From: Octopus sinensis
Taxonomy: Eukaryota
Direction of reading: 5' to 3'
Assembly: GCF_006345805.1 (NCBI RefSeq)
Contig: NC_043009.1
Location: 26,722,001-26,786,000, forward strand
Length of the DNA stretch: 64,000 nt
Shown here: piece after piece, positions 27,440 to 40,560 of the stretch
Position numbering within the stretch: position 1 is the first letter of the stretch
Layout of the letters: every line of letters starts with the position of its first letter
Notes under the pieces: generated by a model
Database searches by the model: none
What the model was told of the DNA's origin: nothing
Seen by the model: the letters and a program-made list of their open reading frames with translations, nothing else
Program-made: the position numbers and the translations under genes

Positions 27440-28256
27440 ACAGATTCCCAAAGTGTGCTCTGCAAAACCCTAGCGTTCCCTGAAAGTTATCAGGAGTTCT
27501 ACGTTTTTAAAAATAATGTGGAAGGACTGACTTCACAACAAAAAAAGTTTGGGAACCATTGATCTAGCGATTAATTAAACGATTTTAGGCTTACCGATGT
27601 CATGCCTCTGTACGAATGCATGCAGTGCTGTTTGCTGATCACGCTGTCTGTGAAACACTTTTCTCACCATGTAAACAGACAAGCGTATGACATGTGTGTT
27701 TAATGTATTTGGCGATGAGGGAAATATAAAGGTCGCATGGGAACCACTGATCTAACAACCAATTGAATGTTTTTAGGCTTACCAATGTCAGGCTTTTGCA
27801 CAAATTCAGACAGTGGTGTTTGCCAATAGTGCTGTCTGTGAAACGCTTCTCACCAGGTAAACGAGTGCATGACACATGTGTTTATTGTGTTTGAAGATGA
27901 ATGCAGGCTTGCAGTATATCCTGTGCATACATTTTATTAAGGGTGACATAACACCCATTAACAGCTGTGTAATGCTCACTATTAAATGGTGTTTTACTAC
28001 AAGCACCAAGAATGCCTTTATAAGCACAAAGCATTCCCCCTATAGGGCAGGCTACAGTAAGGTAGCCACACAATTTTGTGACTGTTATTTCTACATGCAG
28101 GATAATACGGTACCTTGGCCCACAAATGTTGTCCTGTTGTTTGTGAAATAGTAGGGTCAACTTTTATACAGGATCTATGGGAAATTCCCAATTTTTCGGC
28201 CAAAAATAAGGGTCGACTTTTATATGAGATCAACTATTATTCAAGTATACACTGTA
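27440..28256. mobile_element. DNA-transposon mosaic: hAT MITE, ~190-bp tandem duplication, Tc2/pogo-like end
   Basis: ttcccaaag...aaagtttgggaaccattg; two diverged units beginning gggaaccaYtgatcta (27551, 27740); ggtcgacttttatatgag...caagtatacactgta terminus. Confidence 0.55.
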
Positions 28257-28766
28257 ACTCTTTTGACACCAATCTGCAAGAGAATACTTCAGGTTCTGTG
28301 ATTAGAAGTCTCTCACTTTAAAAGTGCTAATTAAATATTTTAATTCAAATCTTCCATCATAAATTATTGTAAGAATCTTTTGTTCGGCTATACACTAAAC
28401 CCCATCTTAATGATTCTTTCAAATTTTGACATAAGACCGGCAATGTTGAGGAGGAGGAAATTGATTAGAATTGACCCCAGTGCTTCACTGGTACGTATTT
28501 TATCAACCCCAAAAAGATGAAAGGCAAAATTGACTGTAGCAGCATTTAAACTGAGAATGCAAACAGCTGGAAGAAAAAACACCATCTTAATAATAAAAAA
28601 GTTTATTATATTAAATCCACACAAATTCTTGATCATTTTTTAAATTAATTGAAACGCATAGTGAAATAAGATAATGAAAAGGTTAAAACAAAAAAAAGAG
28701 TGACTGTATTATTACTACATCAATGTAAAAATAATATAAAAACATTTGTTATTATGGTTTACTGAC

Positions 28767-28974
28767 CTCAAATGACCTTTCATTCTTCACAGCCCATATA
28801 CAAATGCCGATAGAGACAACTGACATGAATATGAGAGGAATAAAAACAAGGATCCACGAGTGTGTTTTGTTCTCCAAGTTGTCACAAGCAAGAATCTCAA
28901 ACATCAGCAGAAGTAAATGCATCCCTGTACAGATGACCATAGCTTTATACTGGACATAGCCATCACCTTCAACT
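28767..28974 (-). CDS. TMEM185: TMEM185 coding exon 3
   Basis: ttcattgtag| ... GAG|gtcagt; 208 nt; VEGDGYVQYKAMVICTGMHLLLLMFEILACDNLE...WAVKNERSFE; ends in phase 0. Confidence 0.97.
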
Positions 28975-29076
28975 CTACAATGAAACAAAGAAAACAGTTA
29001 AAAATCACTCAGATGGTGACATTTCTGCAAATCAAAATAAGTTCTTCTTATTCTTTTTACTGTATTTTCCAGCATG

Positions 29077-29385
29077 TGAAGGTACATGGCCTAGCAGTTA
29101 GGGTGTTGCATTCATGATCACTAGATTGTAAGTTCAATTCCCAGACTAAGCAGCAGATTGTGTTCTTGAGCAAAGCTCTTCATTTCATGATGCTCCAGTC
29201 CACTCAGCTGTAAATGGGTACATCCTGCAACAGATTAGACCCCTGATCAGGGGTCAAATTGGCTTACTCACCTAGCCAGTGGGGAAGCATCATTCGAAAG
29301 GTAAAATGATGCAAAGTGCATTGTGGCCAGCGATGTATAACAACATCCAATAGTCTGGTCAATCATGTGATCACATGATTTTCTG
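29077..29385 (+). mobile_element. tRNA-derived SINE with CORE- and V-like segments
   Basis: tggcctagcagttagg (A box), gttcaattccc (B box), ttcttgagcaaag, gctccagtccactcagctgtaaatgggtac, cctgcaacagattagacccctgatcagggg. Related reverse copies at ~1200-1475, 21300-21570 and 31690-32105. Confidence 0.65.
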
Positions 29386-30952
29386 GCATACAAATTGAAT
29401 TGTTCAGACCAAAATTTATAACCAAAAAAGACAGAGCAACTTATACAGCAAGACAACTTTGGACCAAAATTTCCATGCAAAATGCAGCAGCAGGATTTGG
29501 AAAGAAAACGATAATGTTTCAATGTTTACTCTATATACTATGATGACTTGTATGCCAGAAAATACAGTAAAATTCATGTCACTCAAGCTCAGGTCCATTC
29601 TATAAACTTGTTCCTTGCCCTCATATTCTAACCCGGTTGTGTCTTAACTCCAAGATAACCTCTTCCATTATTTGTTGCAACGACAGTTTTTATAAATGCT
29701 ACCCTTCCTGCTATTAACTGCAACTAAACCATTAAGTGGAACTTGTTTTTCTTCAGCCAAGCAAAACGAAACAAACGGAGTTATGTAATTTGTATTAGGA
29801 TGAATGGACACATCATCACACACAATCCCAAAAGAACTCCCATGTTGCCCATGTTCTACTTAGAGATATTTAAGCTGAACACAAACAGCATTTTTATCAC
29901 CAGTCTTCGAAGACCTGCAAATATCATAGGCATTATCTTTTCCTCCAAACTAAACCAGAGAAAAACTTTTCAAGAAGTTACAAATATCAAATCAAAATTA
30001 GCAGCAGATTTAAAACATACAAAAATTAAATGAACTTCGCACTGAGATTAAAATATGAGCTAAAGAACTGAAGCTGTGGGACTTCAACCCAGTTGGGGGT
30101 TTCATCAGTTTTTATCTAGACAAGATCATGTGCTGTCATCAAATTCTATACAAATAAGTCTCTAATAATGAGCTACCAAAGAGAATGTTTAGAGAAGAGA
30201 AATGGTAAGGAAAGAATTAACAGTACAGAATTAATGAAACATGGTGAGGAAGAGGGTGACAAGGAAGCACAAGGGTTAAAAAGAGAAATGTTTCTGATTT
30301 TTGTATTGGTTGAAAGACAGTGAAATGAATTAAGCATAGGATCCAGAGTGAGAAATAGGGATCCCTAGAGGAAGAAACAAGCCAATAAAAGAGTCTTTAG
30401 TGGTCACATGACCTATTAGAAATACTAACAAGATCTCCTCAAGTCAAACCCTACCATGTTCAATAGGGACAGCACATTAGATAACGTGGTCCCTTGAGAT
30501 GATCACAGCTGCAACATCTTTGATGATATATCAGCTCAGTTAGGTCTGGATCATCAACAACATGAGGGAAAAAGTTCTATAGAAATGCAGTTCTGAGAAA
30601 GTTGAAAAAGGAAGCAATCCACCATGAAGTGAAGCCACAAATAGTACAAGAGAAAGAATCTTTTTTTTTCACTTTTTGGTTTCTTTCAAACACCACCATT
30701 CATTTCTTCAGGTTTGCATTAAGTATAATGGATTGTTGCGTTCGTTGGCACAACTGTTTTCAAAAATTTAGTTGTCGTCCTTACTGCTGCCCACAACAAT
30801 AAGGTCAAGTAAAACCTGTTTTTATCAAGACCAGCAAACTGGAACAAGCAGAGTTATGTACCTTGCTCAGAGACAGACACAGACGGATGTATATAAGTGC
30901 ACGCGCACACACACACACAAGTTGTAGAGAATGTTACCATGTGCACCTAACT

Positions 30953-30971
30953 CATACATACATACATACAT

Positions 30972-31002
<31 letters not shown>

Positions 31003-31138
31003 GGCAGGCAAAGAGAGAGAGGGGGGAGAGAGAGAGATGGAGGGAGAGAGAGATGAAGAGTGAGAGAGAGAGATGAAAATAGAGAGAGATGAAGAGAGAG
31101 AGAGATGAAGAGAGAGAGAGATGAAGAGAGAGAGAGAT

Positions 31139-31176
<38 letters not shown>

Positions 31177-31190
31177 AGAGAGACAAATAG
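30953..31190. repeat. (CATA)n-(CAGA)n-(GA)n compound repeat just downstream of TMEM185 exon 2
   Basis: Read directly; gatgaagagagagaga units. Confidence 0.95.
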
Positions 31191-31262
31191 ACAAACACAC
31201 AGAATACAGAGTGTCATAAAAAAAACAAAAGAAGGTGGGCAAGTTGCTGTCGTCTGCACTCA

Positions 31263-31538
<276 letters not shown>

Positions 31539-32214
31539 TTAACTTTTGTTTTCCCCACACAGCTCTCTCTCTCTCTCTCCCATACAAAAATCCAAAGATG
31601 GCAGAGGAGAGAAGACATAGCAATGGCTTTTTCTTACCTTTCTGCTACTTATTCAGTTTACTCTGCAAGTCTCACACTCTCCCATGCTTACCCATGAAAC
31701 GCAGAACCTGTTTAACCATCGGGCAAGACAACCAATTCATGTGACATCAAGACCTGTGTGTTACCTGTTTAAAGGCCAACCTTCCTCTGAGCCCTGTAAA
31801 TTGGCAATTCATCAGTTACGAGGGTTCCAGTTGATCCAATCAACAGAACAGCTTCTAAGTGTAAGTGGTTGAGCATTCCACAGACACATGTACCCTTAAC
31901 ATAGTCCATAGGGAGATTCAGACTGACACAGGATGTGACAAGGCAGGCCCTTTGAATTACAGGTACAATTCATTTTCTCCAGCTGAGTAGACTGGAGCAA
32001 CGCGAAATGAAGTGCCTTGCCCAAGGACAGAACATGCCAACAGGAATTGAACTCGTGACCTTACAACCGTGAGCTGAATACCCCTAATTACTAAGCCATG
32101 TGCCTGTGCACCTTAGCCAAAGGATCATCTACCATTTGATTCATAACTGGGGTCCCTAAACAAATATTACCACCATTGATTTCAGTTTGGTATCTCATCC
32201 AGATCATCATACTT

Positions 32215-32444
32215 ATTTCTTTATTACCAACAAGGGGCTAAACACAGAGGGGACAAACAAGGACAGACAAACAGATTAAGTCGATTATATCGACCCCAGT
32301 GCATAACTGGTTCTTATTTCATCGACCCCAAGAGGATGAAAGGCAAAGTCGACCTCGGCAGAATTTGAACTCAGAACGTAACGGCAGATGAAATACCACT
32401 AAGCATTTCACCCGGCGTGCTAACGATTCTGCCAGCTCACCGCC
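32215..32444 (-). mobile_element. tRNA-derived SINE with Meta/Sauria-like core, well-preserved copy
   Basis: Minus strand ggtgagctggcagaatcgttagc...gagttcaaattc...gaggtcgactttgcctttcatcct...ggggtcgat, similar to the MetaSINE core GACTCAGCCTTCCATCCTTCCGAGGTCG. Confidence 0.8.
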
Positions 32445-33152
32445 AGATCATCATACTGCCACAGGTGAAACAAATGACCCTGTTCAGTGTTATCCTAAAA
32501 TTCTTCCCCAATTATTTTATCCAAAACCTCATCTTCTTTGCTTCTTCTGTAGACAATCTGCCAACAGCATAAAACAAAACAATCTTCCATCAACCCTTTT
32601 TACATTTTAAATCATGCTATTAATGCTGTAACCCTTTTACCATTGACTATGTATACTATCTAACAGCAATGGTATCATCCGAAACTCTCCCCAGACAGCA
32701 TCAGCATACAGCCTCAAGTTATCCCACTAAACCTATATACCTTTCTTAAACAAAGATGTAAAAGACACACAACATATGTGATACTTGATAATTAAATGAC
32801 AGATGCTGCTAATGCACAGACACCTGTCTCTGAATGACAAATACTGTCAAAACACAGACATTACAACTCTAACAAACAAATCATTGGCAATCACCTTGAC
32901 CCAATTCTCTAAATACCATTTCAGAATGCCTCTGCAATTTTAATGTGCCATGTGACGCTATCCAGGAAAATCCTTCTCTCACAAACACTTTACAATCAGT
33001 GGTTCACTATTATGCTATTATCCTTAGCCCCAGGCCAACCAAAGCCTAGTCAGTGACTTTGGTAGACAGAAACAGAAAGAAGCCTATCTCACGTGCCATC
33101 TCACATGTGTGTGTGTCTGTGTTTCCCTTGACTTCATATGATAGTTGTAGAC

Positions 33153-33502
33153 CAGTAGTTTTCAACCATTTTTTAAATCTATGGATCTATGGACCCTCTT
33201 TGATAACCATTCTACTCTGATGGACCTCCCCATAGTCATTCAATATTTATAAACTAGTTTTATAGATACTTCTTTCAAAGTTCCTATTTTGTTTTTCACA
33301 CATCTTGTGCATGTTCAACTATGTATAATGCTAGAGAAAAACACCTAGCTCTTTCTTGCAGTAAATACATTTAAAGCAAAATTCTTTCATGTGCCCCTGA
33401 AATACAACTGTGGAGCTCCTATTTACTATTTTGCTTGTGTGGACTCCACCAAAATTTTATATGGACTGTCAGGAGTCTATGGACCCCAGTTGAGAACCAC
33501 TG
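33153..33502. mobile_element. hAT (Charlie-like) MITE
   Basis: TIRs cagtagttttcaac / gttgagaaccactg; decayed 8-bp TSD ttgtagac / ttgtaaat; inserted inside a SINE. Confidence 0.8.
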
Positions 33503-34273
33503 TTGTAAATCAATGTGGTCATCATGCAAGCAGTCTCCTTTGTTTCCAGTCTTCCATAAAAACATGTCTGGTCACTCTACTAAATTTACTGACCATGTCA
33601 CCTAATTCCCATCCAAAAATCAAATGAGTTTTGAATGGGACAGGAAAAAGAAAAGGTACATGATAGTTGATGCCTGTACATATAATATATTTTATCAACC
33701 CCAGTCAGACGTGTTTTCACAGATTAGAAGCAAATGACACATGTATGACAGTTTACAACTATCATACAATGTCAAGACAAGAACACACATACACACCCCT
33801 ATATATTTATCCAGGTATGTATACTTAGTGACCTCATTAGTGCCATGCAAAAACCACTCAGTACACTCTGTAAAGTGATGTTGGTGTAAGAAAGGGCATC
33901 CAGTCAAAGAAACCATACCAACAGAGGCACTGGAGCTTGGTGCAGCCCTATAGCTCATTGGATCCTGTCAAACCATCCAACCCATGCCAGCATGGAAAAC
34001 ACGGAGGAGGAGGATAGACAAGCTTCTTTCAGTTTCCATCTACCAAATCCACTTACAAGGCTTTAGCCAGCCTGGAGTTATAGAAGACACTTGCCCAAGG
34101 TGCCACACAGTGGGGCTGAACCTAAAAGCTACGTGGTTGGGAAGCAAACTTCTTAACTATGAAACTTAATGGGTTTTCTGTCATTTCAATTAGCACTGAA
34201 CTAAATGAGAAAAGCTAATTAAGATTATTACTATTTCAGGTCACCAAACTGCCACCATAGCTGTCAACTCAAA

Positions 34274-35118
34274 CATCATCATCATCATTTAGCGTCCGTT
34301 TTCCATGCTAGCATGGGTTGGACGGTTCAACTGGGGTCTGGGGAGCCCGAAGGCTGCACCAGGCCAGTCAGATCTGGCAGTGTTTCTACAGCTGGATGCC
34401 CTTCCTAACGCCAACCACTCCGAGAGTGTAGTGGGTGATTTTATGTGCCACCGACACAGGTGCCAGACGAGGCTGGCGAACGGCCACGCTCGGATGGTGT
34501 TTTTATGTGCCACCGACACAGGTGCCAGATGAGGCTGGCGGACGGCCACGATCGGATGGTGTTTGTTACGTCCCCAAAGCACGGAGGCCAGTCTATGCGG
34601 TACTGGCTACGGCCACGTTCGGATGATTTTCTTGTGTGCCACCGGCACTGGTACCAGAAAGATACAAATTCCATTGATGTTCATCTATTTTGATTTGTTT
34701 TGATTTGATTTTCACTTGCCTCAACAGGTCTTCACAAGTGTCACAAGAAGGAAGGTATGCACAGGTGGACTGACTACGTCCCAGGTAGGGGCCACGGGTT
34801 ATGGCCTGACTAGTCTTGCCGGGTCTTCGGTTGGTGTTTTTATGTGCCACCGACACAGGTGCCAGATGAGGCTGGCGAACGGCCACGATCGGATGGTGTT
34901 TGTTATGTGCCCACGTCACAGAGGCCAGTCGATGCGGTACTGGCTACGGCCACGTTCGGATGGTTTTCTTGTGTGCCAACGGTACTGGTACCACAAAGAT
35001 ACAAATTCCATTGATGTTCATCTATTTTGATTTGGTTTGATTTGATTTGATTTGATTTTCACTTGCCTCAACAGGTCTACACAAGTGTCACACACTTGCC
35101 TCAACAGGTCTTCACAAA
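34274..35118 (-). mobile_element. Young RTE 3' end with internal duplication
   Basis: (CAT)n tail at 34274; CpG-rich intact 3'UTR; tandem gtgccaccgacacaggtgccaga units; segment ~34495-34745 repeated at ~34833-35090. Confidence 0.85.
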
Positions 35119-36218
35119 TTGCATATTTGTAAAATGCTTACACAGGTCAAAAACACAACTTCATTAACCTAGAATAATTAAAATATTTATTAATGTTTAA
35201 GACAGACAACTAATTTAACCAGACACAAAGCATCATCATCACCATTCAAAGTCTATATTCCATGCTGGAATGGTTTGGATGGTTTAACAGAATCCAACAG
35301 ATCCAAGAACTCCATCATGCTTCACTGTCTACTTTGGTATGGTCTCCACACCTGACAACCAGTTCACAGAGTGTATTGGGTGGGCTTTTGGGGGTTTTTT
35401 TTTTTTGTGCCACTAACACCATTGAGGTTGCCATGCAGCATGTAAGACTATGGAACCCAAGAGAGACAACTTTATGCTCAGAAATGAGAGTTTAAAATAT
35501 GAGAGAAGAGGTAAGAACAGAACAAGGCTCTTGCTGTAGAGGGGTTACATAGCTGTTCACATTTTGCAAGAGGAGGCAAAAATAGCAGTGGCGATGAGGG
35601 GTCTATATGGATCTTCAAGGTACAAGCTGAGTAGAAATGAGTGGGTGGGGGGACAAAAGAACCAAGAGTGCAGATGTTGATTGGATGGCAAGTAGGGGAG
35701 CTAGGGAAGAAGAGGGAAGAGATTGGATAAGGTGAAAGGATAGATGTAATGAATGGTGGATAAGGGCTTGGGGTTGACTAGGGATACATGAGAGTGAAGA
35801 GTAGCAGAATAGTAATGACGATACAAGAGAAGGATGAGAGACAGACAGACAAGTGGTTGGGTAGGTAGCGAGAATGTGGGTGGGGGAGAGATGCCTAAGG
35901 AGAAACGAAATCCATCTGTTGTACTTCAATAGATCACTCATCAAGCAGGCACATGATCAAAGACATTCCAACCATAGCCAACACAGTCTACAACTACATT
36001 ATTTTATGTATCTTTTTTCTTTTTTAAGATGGGTGGGTGTGATTTGGAAGAAATTTCACTACCTGCTCTAGCAAATCAAGTAATAACAGAAAAGGAACCA
36101 GGCCACAGTGAATTCACTTACATTTCTTTAAGAATGATATGAATATCATGTTCCCATCTTAAAATCTGAGACATGGAAAAAACTAATATTATGATCAAAT
36201 GTGGTTCTGGAAAAGACA

Positions 36219-36700
36219 TTAACCCTTTTGTTACCATATTTCTGTTGAAATACCATTTTTGTTCCAATTAATTTTGAAACAAACAATTTATTAAAATAAT
36301 GTTCATTATTAACCCGTCACCATACAGATTACACTGTCAAACGTAATCCTTATTTGTTCACATTGTTTGGAATTAACCATGCTTTGTCTCACAACTTCAA
36401 TACCCTGATGAGTTGAGTGCTTATTTTTAGAATTAAATTGTAGGGTAGGTGTGAGAGGCAGAATCTGGCCAGTTTGAACATAAAATGAGTAGACATAAGG
36501 CTGGTTTAAGTACCAAAAGGTTAAACTGATGTTTGGAACATAAATTTGTATGGAATGTTGGAGGATTTATATTAAGATCATTTCAAAACAGGGAGTTTGT
36601 GTCACGGAACCAAGTGTAGTTTCAGGCAGGTTGGTACCAGACGGTTAACCCTTCAGTTACCATATTTCAGTTAAAATACACTGCCTTTGTTTCAGGTAAT
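36219..36700. mobile_element. Nested and tandem piggyBac-like MITEs
   Basis: Outer ttaaccctttt...cggttaa (36219-36648); inner ttaacccg...aagggttaa (36308-36524) at a duplicated TTAA; a third ttaacccttcagttaccatatt start at 36645. Confidence 0.7.
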
Positions 36701-37553
36701 GACAAGAGACTGAGACCTCTGGAGATATGCTGTGACTGAGAAGACCCGGCAAGTAAAGTGAGATCACAACCATAGCCTATACCAGTGTTGCATAACCAGC
36801 CCTTTTAAAAAGTAGCTTTGAATTGTCGGGCAACACACCATGCTTGAGGAGACCTATTGAGTCAAGTAAAATCAAAAATCAAATCACAATCAAAAATGGA
36901 AATTGTAGTTGTGGCTGATGCCAGTGCTGCCTGACTGGCTCTCGTGCTGGTGGCATACAAAAAGCACCATTCATGCATGGGTCGTTGCCAGTGCCGCCTG
37001 ACTGGCTCTCTGTGCCGGTAGCACATAAAAAGCACCATCCATGTAAAAAGCTCCATGCTCATGTATTATGCCCCCCGGTTATAACACATAAAGAGAGATT
37101 ATCAAGTGGAAGATAGCTAAAGCAACAGAGCAACATTTTTTAAAGTATTTAGTTACATAGTTTTATGTTGTGAGTTCAAATCATGCCAAAGTCAAATGAT
37201 CCTTTCCATCATTCTGGGGTCATTAAAATATATAGCAGTCAAGTATAAAATTTGTTTTAATTGACTGCATTCATCCCCTGCCACCCATCATCTTTGGCTC
37301 TCTACCAAAGTTAGAATTCATAATTATTATCCTTATCATCATTGTTACTGCTACTACTACTACAACTATGGTGATGAGTAAAGCAGAGTAATTAAAATGT
37401 CAGAAAAAATGCCATGCAACATTTGCTCCAGCTCCAAGTTCAAATCGCATGGCGGTCGACTGTTTTTCATCCTTCTAGGGTTGATAAAATAAAGTATCAA
37501 TCAAGTACAAGGGTTGAGTATATCAACTACTCTTTAGTGCCTAGACCAGAAAT

Positions 37554-37920
37554 TATTACTTTCGCCTTAGCAAAGGCGAAGGTATTGTTTTCAGTTGTGT
37601 TTGTTTGTTTGTTTGTCCATGGACAAGATATCTCAAGAACCACTGGATGGATTCGGATGAAACTTTCAGGGATGTTTGGTCTCATGACTGGCACAAACTG
37701 ATTAGATTTGGGGATCGATCTGGTACTGGACAAGGATTCTGGATTATTTTTCCTGCTTTTTTTAATTTTTGAGAGTGGCCATTTTCATTTCCAGTATTCT
37801 CATTTGTGAGAGCAGTCGAGTTTGTTTCCGATTTCTCTTTTTAAAAATCATCTCTGGCTAATCATTGAGAGGACATTGGTGTTGCCTTGGTGGAGGTTTA
37901 TGCTCTCTGACTCCTCTTAT
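37554..37920 (+). mobile_element. HINE/DINE-1-like non-autonomous Helentron
   Basis: 5' palindrome ttcgcctt-agca-aaggcgaa, internal (GTTT)n, 3' ttggtggaggtttatgctctctga; sits in T-rich sequence with no TSD. Confidence 0.65.
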
Positions 37921-37934
37921 TATTATTATTATTT

Positions 37935-38495
37935 AAGGTGGTGAGCTGACAGAGTTGTTAGCACAGTGGGCAAAATCCTTAACGGCATTACATCTGTCTT
38001 TAAGTTCAGAGTTCAGATTCCACGACTTTGCCTTTCATCCTTTCTGGAGTCGATAAAGTACCAGTTGAGTACTGGGGGTTGATGTAATCGACTTCCCTCC
38101 TCCCCCGAACCTACTGGCCTTGTGCCAAACCATGAAACTATTATGCTTAGTAGCATTCTGAGTTCAAGGTTGACTTTACGTTTCATCCTTTTGGAGTCAA
38201 TGAAATAAATACCAGTTGAGTAATCGACTATCCCCCCCTCCCCCAAATTTCAGGCCTTGTGCCTATAGTAGAAAGGATTATTATTATTATTATTACAAAA
38301 CAATGCCTTGTAATATTTGTTCTAACTCTTTACATTCTGAGTTCAAATCCTGCCATGGTTAATTGAACCTTTCTTCCTTCTGGAGTCTTATAAAAAGAAA
38401 ATATCAGTCTAGTAGTGGGGGTCAATATAATCAATTGTTCCCTCAGCACTAAGTTTGTGGTCATGTGCCTAGCAACAAAATTACCATTATCATCA
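37935..38495 (+). mobile_element. Meta-type SINE cluster in plus orientation
   Basis: aaggtggtgagctgacagag...ctttgcctttcatcctttc...gcctatagtagaaaggattattatt. Confidence 0.8.
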
Positions 38496-38875
38496 TCATC
38501 ATCCAAATAATCATTATATAGTAGAGTTTACGAAGTAGTTTCAAATTCCAGTTGGAAATGTTTACTTCATGTTGCTAGGATGTCAACGTTCTTCACAACA
38601 GCAACTGAGATAATAGCTTCTCACACTGGGACAAGGACATTGATTTAGAGAGAGAGAGAGAGATATCAACAGAGACAGAGAAGCCAACCGAATGTGAGAG
38701 AGAAAGAGAGAACAGAGTGAAAAAGACTAACAGACAGACAGAGGTGCAGCAGTAAAGTGAAACTCATTAAGTTATAAGTACCACTCGAGTGAGAAGTCCA
38801 TTTGACTATTCTAAAATCTAAAGATATATTATCTAGAAAGATCCTGTTTCATGAGAAGAAACCAAAACTGAAACA
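38266..38875 (+). repeat. Local ~600-bp duplication, donor copy
   Basis: Near-identical to 39959-40560 (from tagtagaaaggatt to accaaaactgaaaca). Confidence 0.95.
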
Positions 38876-39958
38876 GTGTGTGTGTGAGTATTCTATTGGT
38901 TTCTCTTTTAGAAGGAAGCAAGTTCAGTGAAAGATTCATGATGTGGTATAATTAATACACTACAGACTGAACCATCAACAACTTCATTTAACATCCAGTT
39001 TCTCACGCTTGCATGGGACAGACAGAATTTGTTGAGGTGGATTTTCTACAACTGGAAGCCCTTCCTGATGCCGACCTCATCCAATTCCAAGCAAGGAAAT
39101 ATTCTCTATGACCAGACATATTTTCACGGAAGATTGGAACAGACGAGACTGCTCGCATAACAGGGACATTCATTTACAACTATCACATGAAGTCAAAGCA
39201 AGGAGACAGTAACACACGCACACACACAAACGTGGTGCTGCAGCATGGCCACAGTCCAATGAATGAAACAAGTAAAAGATATACACTTATGTGTGACTTT
39301 GTACCCCAACTACCACTTGATAACCAGTGTTAGTTTATTTATGGCCCCATGACACAGCAGTTCAGCATAAGACCAATAATGCCCCAAACTTAAAAATATG
39401 TACTAATGTCAATTTGTTCAGTAAAAAACACTTCAAGGCAATCCCCTAGAAGGGTCACAATCCAATGACTGAGACATGACTGCAGCCATGCTGGGGCAGA
39501 GCACTGCCTTGAAGAATTGTTATCAAACAAATTGACCCCAGGGATTTTTTAATCTTTTAAGCCAGGTACTTAATCTATTGGTCTATTTACTCACTAAATT
39601 ACGGAGAAGTAAAAACACCAACACTGATTGTCGAGCAGTGGTGGGAGACAAACAGACACAAAAACACACACACACCTGTGCCATGTAAAAAAGCACCTTT
39701 CAAGTGTTGGGCCTCACAGAGGCAATGACAAATGACCGAGACCTTCGGCAATATGCCATGCTTGAGTGGAAGACCCATCAAATCAAGTGTAATTGTAGTT
39801 GTGGCACATACTGGTGTCATACAACTGGCACCCATGCCAGTGGCATGTAAAAACACCCATTGCACTCTTGGAGTGGTTGGCATTAGGAAGGGCATCCAAC
39901 TGTAGAAATCATGCCAAGTCAGACTGGAGTCTGGGGCAGCTCCTCAGCTTATCAGCTC

Positions 39959-40560
39959 TAGTAGAAAGGATTATTATTATTACAAAACAATGCCTTGTAA
40001 TATTTGTTTTAACTCTTTACATTCTGAGTTCAAATCCTGCCATGGTTAATTGAACCTTTCTTCCTTCTGGAGTCTTATAAAAAGAAAATATCAGTCTAGT
40101 AGTGGGGGTCAATATAATCAATTGTTCCCTCAGCACTAAGTTTGTGGTCATGTGCCTAGCAACAAAATTACCATTATCATCATTCATCATCCAAATAATC
40201 ATTATATAGTAGAGTTTACAACGTAGTTTCAAATTCCAGTTAGAAATGTTTACTTGGTGTTGCTAGGATGTCAACGTTCTTCACAACAGCAACTGAGATA
40301 ATAAATTCTAACACTGGAACAAGGACATTGATTTGGAGAGAGAGAGAGAGATAACAGAGACAGAGAGGCCAACCGAATGTGAGAGAGAAAAAGAGAACAG
40401 AGTGAGAAAGACTAACAGACGGACAGAGGTGCAGCAGTAAAGTGAAACTCATTAAGTTATAAGTACCACTCGAGTGAGAAGTCCATTTGACTATTCTAAA
40501 ATCTAAAGATATATTATCTAGAAAGATCCTGTTTCATGAGAAGAAACCAAAACTGAAACA
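39959..40560 (+). repeat. Local ~600-bp duplication, inserted copy
   Basis: Near-identical to 38266-38875; interrupts an RTE 3'UTR. Confidence 0.95.

Noticed and set aside
30063-30110. Possible third hammerhead (minus strand CTGATGA-aaccc...gggtt-GAAG) next to a weak Penelope-like peptide at 29743-30033
   Set aside because: GAAA is replaced by GAAG, stems I and III cannot be formed convincingly, and the peptide similarity is too faint.
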